This document shows positions 10,278 to 17,818 of a stretch of 32,000 nucleotides of DNA, one piece after another. The DNA comes from Candidatus Hermodarchaeota archaeon (lineage in GTDB: Archaea; Asgardarchaeota; Heimdallarchaeia; Hodarchaeales; Hodarchaeaceae), in NCBI GenBank assembly GCA_048886185.1, contig JBHLKY010000002.1, forward strand, positions 60,001 to 92,000, in the 5' to 3' direction. The notes beneath the pieces were generated by a model. The model was not told the origin of the DNA, did not search any database, and worked only from the letters and a program-made list of their open reading frames with translations. A program made the translations under genes and the position numbers. Position 1 is the first letter of the stretch, and each line of letters opens with the position of its first letter.

Positions 10278-11072
10278 CTATTGTGACACATTTCTAAACC
10301 AATACTTAATTCCACTATTAAGCCACCCAGTATGTCGCTGACCTCCTTCTTCCCATTTTGAATGATCTTTATAGCAATATGTAGGCAAATCAGAGTGTTT
10401 GAGTACTTGATTAAGAGTTAACCCTTGAGATTTTAATTTCTTTAGAAAATCTATTAATTTGTCAAAATAATCTTTCACATTTATCAAATAATCTTTATCA
10501 ACTACAAAACCATGTCCAGGAATGATGTATTTCACATCCAATGGTTCCCATGAACGATAAAGATCTAATACCACCTTTCCATTTAAAAAAACCTGGGCAT
10601 AACAACTAAGGAGATTATCCCCTGCGATTAACACTTGATCTGAAGGATAATAAACATATGCAGAGTCAGGTGAATGACCACCAGATACTGTAAAAAGTAT
10701 TTCATTTCCTTTCGACCCTAATGCAAAAGAATCTGCTACTTTGACATCAGCTTTGATTTTAGCCGCTCCCCTCTTCGAAATAATAACTATTACATCCTGA
10801 AAAACACTAAGCGCATCGGAATGATCCCAATGGGAATGAGTTAATAATAAATGCGAAACCTTTCGTTCAAAGTGAAGTTCCATTTCATTACGAAAATCTT
10901 GGGCTTTTTTGATATTAGCACCAGAGTCAACCATTACTAACGCTTCTGGTAAGTTAATACAGGTTAAAGCGACTGTCTCTGATGGATCCATACCAGTTAT
11001 ACCATCAATATTCCTCGGGATAGTTGTTATGACATTAGAAGTGATTTGAGTGTATCCCAACCTTGTATCCAC
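10278..11072 (-). CDS. Metallo-beta-lactamase fold hydrolase (glyoxalase II/cyclase-like)
   Basis: THSHWDH (HxHxDH) motif, GGHSPDS, AGDNL, IIPGHG. Start may be the in-frame CTG at 11075. Confidence 0.9.
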   Translation of the reverse strand: MDTRLGYTQITSNVITTIPRNIDGITGMDPSETVALTCINLPEALVMVDSGANIKKAQDFRNEMELHFERKVSHLLLTHSHWDHSDALSVFQDVIVIISKRGAAKIKADVKVADSFALGSKGNEILFTVSGGHSPDSAYVYYPSDQVLIAGDNLLSCYAQVFLNGKVVLDLYRSWEPLDVKYIIPGHGFVVDKDYLINVKDYFDKLIDFLKKLKSQGLTLNQVLKHSDLPTYCYKDHSKWEEGGQRHTGWLNSGIKYWFRNVSQ

Positions 11073-11093
11073 CAGATAATTTTCCCCTGATAC

Positions 11094-12089
11094 TCACTTT
11101 TCCATAGCACTAACAACTTCTTGAGGTAAAAGTAACTCAAATTTGCAGACAGAATCCCCTTGAAGAACTGATTCAATCAACTTAACTTCCACAGGCTGAT
11201 CCAAGACCGCTTCCCAGAAGTTTTTATAGTATCCCCCACTACAATTACAGAAAATTGGATCGATAGGTTGTTCTTCCTCTAATAATCCCTCTCTAGCCCA
11301 AGGACAATGGCAATAGTAATATCGTTTTTTTCTTTCGTCTGTTTCATTAAGATATTGCTTTGTCATATATGGAATTTTTGTTATAATGACCTTATTTCCT
11401 TCTCGAACTCCTGCCTCCGTCATTCCTTTTTGACTCGTAACGTATTCAAGCACTTGCTCATCAATCTCCTGTGTGAAGAAAAGAGTTTGCTCCTCGTAAT
11501 GTTGTGTTAATGTATCGATAAAATCCTGCCGTTTTGTTCTTAAAAAATCATCAATATTCTCTGCTTTTAGATATTTCTGCCTTGCTGATTTGTAGGAGTC
11601 TGTATATTTGTCTCTAAGCCCATTTGAAAGGAATTCAGCACATTTATTTCTATTAACTTTTTCAAGAAATCTCTCAATCAATTGTTTAGTAATGGTTGGC
11701 TTCTTCGCTGGATGTAATCCTAAGGGGGGCACTTCTATATCACCAAAAACTTCATTCCTTATATCCTCACCAAATTCATCAATCAGACGGTTTGAAAAGT
11801 TCACCAAAACTTCCCCCCCATCAATAACTTCCATCGCAGCAATAATCAAGAGATTATTCTTTGTAAAGTATCCATATCGAAGAATATTGATATAATTATC
11901 GTATGAATTCGTATCATTCTTAATTAGATAAACTGAAAAACCTTGAAAATCGTCATATGTTGCATTGTCAATAGATTGATTATGAGGAAGAAAATTGTTA
12001 AACTCTTGGATGATATTGAGAGCATTTTTAATTTTTTCTGGGTCAAGTTTTCGTTCCTGTAAGTATCCTTTGAAACCTTCTAGATCCAT
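11094..12089 (-). CDS. Cys-rich protein with DUF6144-like/V4R-like C-terminal domain
   Basis: C-terminal YCHCPW...FCNCSGGY...VxLxESVLxGDxxCKF pattern resembling V4R-like metal-binding domains. The family name is from recall and was not searched. Confidence 0.55.
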   Translation of the reverse strand: MDLEGFKGYLQERKLDPEKIKNALNIIQEFNNFLPHNQSIDNATYDDFQGFSVYLIKNDTNSYDNYINILRYGYFTKNNLLIIAAMEVIDGGEVLVNFSNRLIDEFGEDIRNEVFGDIEVPPLGLHPAKKPTITKQLIERFLEKVNRNKCAEFLSNGLRDKYTDSYKSARQKYLKAENIDDFLRTKRQDFIDTLTQHYEEQTLFFTQEIDEQVLEYVTSQKGMTEAGVREGNKVIITKIPYMTKQYLNETDERKKRYYYCHCPWAREGLLEEEQPIDPIFCNCSGGYYKNFWEAVLDQPVEVKLIESVLQGDSVCKFELLLPQEVVSAMEK

Positions 12090-12120
12090 AAAGACACCAA
12101 AATCTTCCCCTTAACCACAG

Positions 12121-12140
12121 CTTATAAATCAACTGATTTA
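12121..12140 (-). promoter_or_regulatory. TATA-like box with overlapping 7-2-7 inverted repeat upstream of the DUF6144-like gene
   Basis: TTTATAAG on the minus strand at 12128-12121; perfect palindrome TAAATCA-AC-TGATTTA at 12125-12140. Confidence 0.5.
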
Positions 12141-12227
12141 GGCATCATTTTCCTTTTTTATTCGGGAATAATATAAGATTCTCCTCCAAATTCTTCGAGA
12201 TACCTTCACCTTAGATCGTGAATGAAT

Positions 12228-13613
12228 TTAGTAAATGAAGGGGATTCCAATATCCTCAAGTTCTTTCCGGGTTTTCTGATAAAGATTCAAATATTCAGGA
12301 GAAGGTTTGATCTTTCGGACATCATAGCATTCACGAAAGTCTTTCCCGAGAGGAGCTTCTTCAATATTCTCTTCATAGGTCTTCAAAAGAGTAAGTGTAA
12401 GCTCATTTGCATCTCCTCGAGAGATTTTCTCTATTGCCGCTCCGCATCCAACTTCAGCCGCCATTTTTGCTTCCATTGGAGTAGCATAATTCTTATGCCT
12501 ATTCTTTGCTACAGCCATTTCCCACAGATTTGCTCCGGAAACAACAGATACTAAACCATGAGTTGCTCCTTCTCTTAAAACCATCTCTGTACAGGGACCA
12601 GCAGCTGCAAATCCGTTTGACATCGATACAAAATTACTATTCCGAGATATGGCTTGATAAGTCGTGGAAATTACCCATAAGAGCTCTCGCATTGTATTGC
12701 AAGTGTGTTTTAAGTGGAAGGGAAAGTAATTCATGAAATGGGCTTGGTTAACAAGTAAACCCATTAAATGATAAGCAATACCTACAAGCGTGGTTCCCTC
12801 AGGGCCGCCTGCATATCCTCCAAGAATAGGTCCTGCAAGAGTGCCTACAAAACACCCATAAGTATGGAAATGAACCATCTTGTTTAAGAGAGAGTTATCT
12901 ATTTTGAGCTCTGTTATACTTGCTACGAAGCGTCCATCCGTTAATCGTTCTCCCCATTCAGAATTACTAGCAGCAATCTGTGCAGCATCTGATTCTGCAG
13001 TTCCAACACTTTTAAGGAAGATACCTGGGCGACCAACTCGTCTTGCAGACTCTCGGAACATCATAGCATGAGCAACAGCTCCTTTCACTTCCGAAGGAGA
13101 CCCAGAGCGAATGGGCATCCCCTCAATCTCATCAAGAATGGGGGCACAAACTCCATCAGCGAGAGGTTCTTGTAAGTACGCCATGGACATTGGAACGAAA
13201 ATATCCTCATCACATGTTATATCAGGTGAGAAAAGACAAAATGGTTTATTTGAATCCTCTATTTTTCTACTTGAGATTTCTTTGGAATCTCGGCCAAAAC
13301 CTAATGTAAACTTGCCAGGAAAGTTTCCAAGAGCCTCCTTTATCTCATCTTCGGTAAACAAAATCCTTCGATGAGTATCTGTACATAGAGTGCCAACCTC
13401 GAGGTATAAATCTAACGCAGCGTTCCATAGACTATCAGCTAACGTGTTATCATCTGGAACTGGTGTTGCAGGGTCAAAAGAAATGTCATATTCCTTGATG
13501 ACCCTCCTGAGTGCAGGAACTAAGAGTTTGAGGTCATAATCCTTCTCCAAACATACTGGCCCAGTTTCTGCTCTTTCCAACACTTCATTTATTCGCCAGG
13601 GAGGAGTAACCAT
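12228..13613 (-). CDS. mtmB: Monomethylamine methyltransferase (MtmB) family corrinoid methyltransferase, non-pyrrolysine form
   Basis: Full-length collinearity with Methanosarcina MtmB as I recall it (CTDTHR...TEDEI, GRPG, ELKID, PIxGGYAGGxE, AGPCTEM, MEA, GKxFxECYDV). No in-frame TAG; the Pyl position is Lys201 (AAA, 13013-13011). Confidence 0.92.
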   Translation of the reverse strand: MVTPPWRINEVLERAETGPVCLEKDYDLKLLVPALRRVIKEYDISFDPATPVPDDNTLADSLWNAALDLYLEVGTLCTDTHRRILFTEDEIKEALGNFPGKFTLGFGRDSKEISSRKIEDSNKPFCLFSPDITCDEDIFVPMSMAYLQEPLADGVCAPILDEIEGMPIRSGSPSEVKGAVAHAMMFRESARRVGRPGIFLKSVGTAESDAAQIAASNSEWGERLTDGRFVASITELKIDNSLLNKMVHFHTYGCFVGTLAGPILGGYAGGPEGTTLVGIAYHLMGLLVNQAHFMNYFPFHLKHTCNTMRELLWVISTTYQAISRNSNFVSMSNGFAAAGPCTEMVLREGATHGLVSVVSGANLWEMAVAKNRHKNYATPMEAKMAAEVGCGAAIEKISRGDANELTLTLLKTYEENIEEAPLGKDFRECYDVRKIKPSPEYLNLYQKTRKELEDIGIPFIY

Positions 13614-14276
13614 CTATCTCGCCCTTTTCTCGAGAAGATCCGCTGCTAGTTTCCCTGCTTGGACGGCAGTTTCAGCCCAACCATCGGCACCAATCTCTTC
13701 TTGCCACTGTACCGTAGTGGGGGCACCCCCGATAATCACTATATAGTCATCTCGTTTTCCCAGCGCTTCAAGCAGTTCAATGACTTCTTTCTGGGATACC
13801 ATTGTTGTAGTCATAAGCGCAGAGAGTGCTATTACATCAGCGTCTACTTCTCCAGCTTTTTCAATAAATTGCATAGAGGGAACATCCTTTCCTAAGTCAA
13901 ACACTTCAAAGCCTGAAACCTCGAGCATGATTTTCACGATGTTCTTACCAATCTCATGGATATCCCCATGGACGGTACCGATTACTACCTTCCCTTTCGA
14001 TTCGAGTCGCTCAGTAGTGGATTTCTTTATGTGTTCAGTTAATACCGAGGTAGCTGCCTGCATCGCTTCTGCAGCACCCATGAGCTCGGGAAGAAAAATA
14101 TCCATTTTATCAAATTGATCCCCTATTTGTTCCATTGTAGGACTCAATACCTCATCGATCACTTTTAAAGGATCCACCTGAGCATTTACGAGTTCTTGGG
14201 CTATTTCTTTAGCTTTTTCAGGCTCATACTCCTCTACTGATCGTTTTAAAGCTTCGAATAGACTCTCTATTGTCAT
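13614..14276 (-). CDS. mtmC: Methyltransferase cognate corrinoid protein (MtmC/MtbC/MttC family)
   Basis: N-terminal helical cap. Base-off/His-on B12 motif GTVHGDIHEIGK (DxHxxG), SALMTTT, IGGAP. Directly upstream of the mtmB homolog. Confidence 0.93.
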   Translation of the reverse strand: MTIESLFEALKRSVEEYEPEKAKEIAQELVNAQVDPLKVIDEVLSPTMEQIGDQFDKMDIFLPELMGAAEAMQAATSVLTEHIKKSTTERLESKGKVVIGTVHGDIHEIGKNIVKIMLEVSGFEVFDLGKDVPSMQFIEKAGEVDADVIALSALMTTTMVSQKEVIELLEALGKRDDYIVIIGGAPTTVQWQEEIGADGWAETAVQAGKLAADLLEKRAR

Positions 14277-14379
14277 TTGAATTCACATCCTTTGCCCTGC
14301 TTAATACAACAAGAGCTTAAAAAAGACAGTCTTGAGACCTTTTTATCTCTTTTCTACTGTTCATCTTGGTTTCAGGAGT

Positions 14380-15519
14380 TTACTTGGATAGCTGTGTAGC
14401 TTGTATTGCTAATTTTAATGCTAAAAGACCATTATCCTCTGTAATGACTCGTTGGTGTTTAGGATCACGAATAAATTTGATTTGATCTAATAATAAACTA
14501 CGAACTGCTTGGGCATAAAGCTCCATTTTCTCTAGGGGTGATTCATAATCTAGACGCACATCTTTGGTCACTGTGATGTCTTTTCCACGACCTTTCATTA
14601 GATGCTTTGCTGGATCAATTTCTTTCTCTTTTGTTATTCTCGTGTTCGGACAGATAGCTCTCAACGTGGCTAATTTTTCTTCATCAACGATGCCATTCAC
14701 AGTCAAGACGATTGGGATCCATCCTTCTATAGTTACATCACCAGTTTCAAATAATATTGTGTGTCTTTGTCGATCCAAGTGACTAGGCTGATCAAAGCCA
14801 TGATAATGGTTAGAAATAACATCTGATGACGTATGGCGAAGAAAACAAAATACTCGATCCACTTGAGTGGAATTAGGTCTATTCTGAGAGTATGCCCAAG
14901 TTACTTCTGTTTCCCCAAACCAATAACGGTAGAGATCAAAGAAATGAACTCCATGTTCTATAAAGATCCCCCCACTCTTCTTCTCATCCCAAAACCAATG
15001 ATTTTTATTTAAAGGTTCATCCGTGGCATAATTCTCGAAATATGCATGTAATGGTTCTCCCAACACTCGAGATTGAATGATTTCCTTTACATAATCCACA
15101 ATCGGAACATAACGTAAGACAAAATCAACAGGGATAATTAATTTCTTCTCTTTTGCAAGATTCACCATATCCTCTGCGTCTTCAAGGGATAAGGCTAACG
15201 GTTTCTCACAGAGAACATGCCTATTATACTTTAAGGCTTGCAGGCCGAAAACAGAATGAGTATCAGGAGGAGTCGCAATGTGAACAAGGTTAATCTCGGG
15301 ACTTTGAATTAACAAAGACGGTAGAGGAAACCATTGAATTCCATATTTTTGAGCAGTTTTTTTGGCAAGGTCAATGTCGATATCTGCAACAGCGACTATC
15401 TCAACCTCTTTCATACCTGAATAGGCATCTAAGCAAAATTGACCAAAATTACCGCAACCAATAAGCCCTAATTTGAGTGGAGTATTATCATTCATAGTTA
15501 AACCCAAAATTTTTCCCAT
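14380..15519 (-). CDS. Gfo/Idh/MocA family NAD(P)-dependent oxidoreductase
   Basis: GLIGCGNFG Rossmann motif, HVLCEKPLA, GGIFIEHGVHFFD. Start ATG 15519 or 15495. Confidence 0.92.
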   Translation of the reverse strand: MGKILGLTMNDNTPLKLGLIGCGNFGQFCLDAYSGMKEVEIVAVADIDIDLAKKTAQKYGIQWFPLPSLLIQSPEINLVHIATPPDTHSVFGLQALKYNRHVLCEKPLALSLEDAEDMVNLAKEKKLIIPVDFVLRYVPIVDYVKEIIQSRVLGEPLHAYFENYATDEPLNKNHWFWDEKKSGGIFIEHGVHFFDLYRYWFGETEVTWAYSQNRPNSTQVDRVFCFLRHTSSDVISNHYHGFDQPSHLDRQRHTILFETGDVTIEGWIPIVLTVNGIVDEEKLATLRAICPNTRITKEKEIDPAKHLMKGRGKDITVTKDVRLDYESPLEKMELYAQAVRSLLLDQIKFIRDPKHQRVITEDNGLLALKLAIQATQLSK

Positions 15520-15636
15520 TGACTAAAGATTACATTTGATCATTTAACTCAATGCAGATATGAAATATTTTATTTATTGATTGATCTAAGGAACCTAACT
15601 TTCTCGAAGAAATTTATGAATGAGGAAGGTTCTATA

Positions 15637-17661
15637 CTGGGAAAAGAAAAACTGAATAGTTTAATGGCTGGAATCGCATTAATAGGACTCCTTTGTACCA
15701 ATCCTCTTTCTACATGTTCACAAGTTATAATATCATCCAAATGGTCTTCAGAATTCCGTCCACATGGGGGATTTGTGGACAAAATCATGTTTCATGTGTA
15801 CACTGCGATCGAGACTCCTCTCGCGATGGCAGCGCTTCAAACGGGTGAGATCGACGCTTATGATGAACAAGTACAACAGAATTATCTAGCTGCAGTGGTA
15901 CGGGATGAGAATATTGAAGTAACATTTACACCAAGTGTAAGATATCAGGCATTGACATTGAATTGTGAACGATTTCCTACTAATATCACTGCTTTCCGTC
16001 GGGCGATGGCTTTTGGGTTTGATAAATACAGAGCGAATGTAGAGGTTATCGGTAGCGGAGTTGGACAACCTCAAGACAGTTACATTCCATTGATTATATC
16101 GGAATGGGAAGTGGAAAGTGCGCTCGCTGAACACTTCTATGAATCAGATTATATTTCTGGGAATAGATCACTCGAGAATGCGGGTTTTAAAAATTTGGAT
16201 ATTGATGGCTGGCGGGAGTATGACAAAAACAACAACGGTGTATGGGATCCTGGGATTGATTTAGACGATGATGAATATGTAAATGGAACTATCCTGCAAC
16301 TTTATGCTTTAGAAGGATCTGATCCTGCTATCAGAATGTGTGACATCATGGTGGATGGGCTTGAAGAGATGGGTGTCCGTGCGGAAACTGTAGTAATGGA
16401 TAATGATTTCATACTTGATGCTGTCTTCGCTGGAAATCATTGGTGTGTTTTTTGGATAGAAAGCTGTCCAGTGATTAATATTGCAAAAATCCTATACGAC
16501 CGCTTTAGAACTGGTGCCCAATGGAACAGAGAGCCGTACAACTATTATCACTATAGTAACAGCACGATTGATGCTATCCTTGATAATATGGTAGACGCGA
16601 CGAATATTGAAGATGTAAAGCAATATGCCTTGGATGCCAGCTTACTTTTAACGTTTGAGCAGCCCCAAATCGTTTACTTAAATTATGTAAATATTGGCGC
16701 TCATAGAAATGATGAGTTTGAAGGATTCTTCAAAGCTGCGGGATTAGGTGTCACCAGTGGTGAAAATTGGGCTGTAACAACAAAAATTCATCTGAAGGAG
16801 TCCCTTGGAGGGCCTTATGGCGGAATATTTGATTATTGTTTGTCAGGGGAGATGGGTACTTGGAACCCTTATTTGAAAAAAACGCAGTACGAAGCTACAG
16901 TCTTTCAGTACATCTATGAATACTTATGGAATTTCGACCCATTCACCTGGGATCCTATTCCTGGGTTAGCATACGACTGGGAAATTGAGCAGACGACTGC
17001 GAATGGAGACATCCGTGATGGCCAGAAATTCACCTTCTATTTATACCAGAACGAGACCTGGCATGATGGGGAACACTTCACTGCAGCTGATATTAACCAC
17101 TCTATTTACATGTGGAGAGACAGTCCATTCCATAGTCCCAATATGTGGGATATATATGAAACAGAACTCCCTGATGGGCCAGATGGGCACGTCATTGAAC
17201 TGTATGTTAACGAGACGGGGTACTTTGAGTGGGCGGATACCACACGATTCCTCATCACCCCTAAACACATCTGGGGAGAGGTGGAAAATGTCACCTCGTA
17301 TTCTCCAGAAATCAATCAGGTAATTGGAACGGGGCCATATATGTTACAAACATGGGTACCTGGAGAGTCTATTACTCTTGAACGGCATGAAGATTGGCGA
17401 TGGGATACTCGACATACTGGCAATGGCCACATTTTTTCTACCATAGAAGACGAAATCACTCTAATCCCACCAACAACTTCAGTTCCTACGACTAAAAACA
17501 CTTTCACTCCCAATTCTTCCTCGACACGCTCCTCCTACTCATCAATTTATTTGGTACCATCTTTTGACCTTATCCCTGTACTCCAGATGGTGGAACTTGG
17601 CACCATCCTGTTCTTTGTGATCACTGTAGTGATCATTATTCGACGAAACCAATTGAAATAA
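15637..17661 (+). CDS. ABC family-5 (OppA/DppA-like) substrate-binding protein 1, circularly permuted
   Basis: Motifs ALQxGxID, FRRAMAFGxD, DxDGWRE, WHDGxxFTAxD, GTGPY. Start revised from TTG 15577 to CTG 15637 (SD GAGGAAGGT + 6 nt; in-frame ATG 15616 is an alternative). C-terminal Ser/Thr linker + TM helix + RR. Confidence 0.88.
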   Translation: MGKEKLNSLMAGIALIGLLCTNPLSTCSQVIISSKWSSEFRPHGGFVDKIMFHVYTAIETPLAMAALQTGEIDAYDEQVQQNYLAAVVRDENIEVTFTPSVRYQALTLNCERFPTNITAFRRAMAFGFDKYRANVEVIGSGVGQPQDSYIPLIISEWEVESALAEHFYESDYISGNRSLENAGFKNLDIDGWREYDKNNNGVWDPGIDLDDDEYVNGTILQLYALEGSDPAIRMCDIMVDGLEEMGVRAETVVMDNDFILDAVFAGNHWCVFWIESCPVINIAKILYDRFRTGAQWNREPYNYYHYSNSTIDAILDNMVDATNIEDVKQYALDASLLLTFEQPQIVYLNYVNIGAHRNDEFEGFFKAAGLGVTSGENWAVTTKIHLKESLGGPYGGIFDYCLSGEMGTWNPYLKKTQYEATVFQYIYEYLWNFDPFTWDPIPGLAYDWEIEQTTANGDIRDGQKFTFYLYQNETWHDGEHFTAADINHSIYMWRDSPFHSPNMWDIYETELPDGPDGHVIELYVNETGYFEWADTTRFLITPKHIWGEVENVTSYSPEINQVIGTGPYMLQTWVPGESITLERHEDWRWDTRHTGNGHIFSTIEDEITLIPPTTSVPTTKNTFTPNSSSTRSSYSSIYLVPSFDLIPVLQMVELGTILFFVITVVIIIRRNQLK

Positions 17662-17720
17662 TTCCTTTTCAGATGGAATTTCCTACAGGTCTTAATTACG
17701 ACCCCGAAGTTGGAGAACTA

Positions 17721-17748
17721 CAATTGCGAGAATATTATACTTTATAAA
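17721..17748 (+). promoter_or_regulatory. Conserved promoter element CAATTGC about 20 nt upstream of TATA box TTTATAAA (SBP2)
   Basis: Same motif and spacing upstream of SBP3; degenerate copies upstream of SBP4 and SBP1. Confidence 0.55.
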
Positions 17749-17818
17749 GGGCAAACCCTAGGATACTAGAATTTTCATAGTTTGTTCATCAGGGACGTAT
17801 ATTGAGGAAGGATATATC

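Noticed and set aside
13011-13013. Pyrrolysine in MtmB
   Set aside because: The codon is AAA (Lys); there is no in-frame TAG within the gene and no pyl genes or tRNA-Pyl were seen.
15577-15636. ORF-track start TTG 15577 for SBP1
   Set aside because: It overlaps the putative TATA region, lacks an SD and adds 20 residues not present in any paralog.
15685-15700. Lipoprotein lipobox in SBP signal peptides (LLC, GFC, ALC, ILC)
   Set aside because: The residue before Cys is bulky rather than G/A/S, the Cys is Tyr in SBP4 and SBP6, and all six already have C-terminal anchors.
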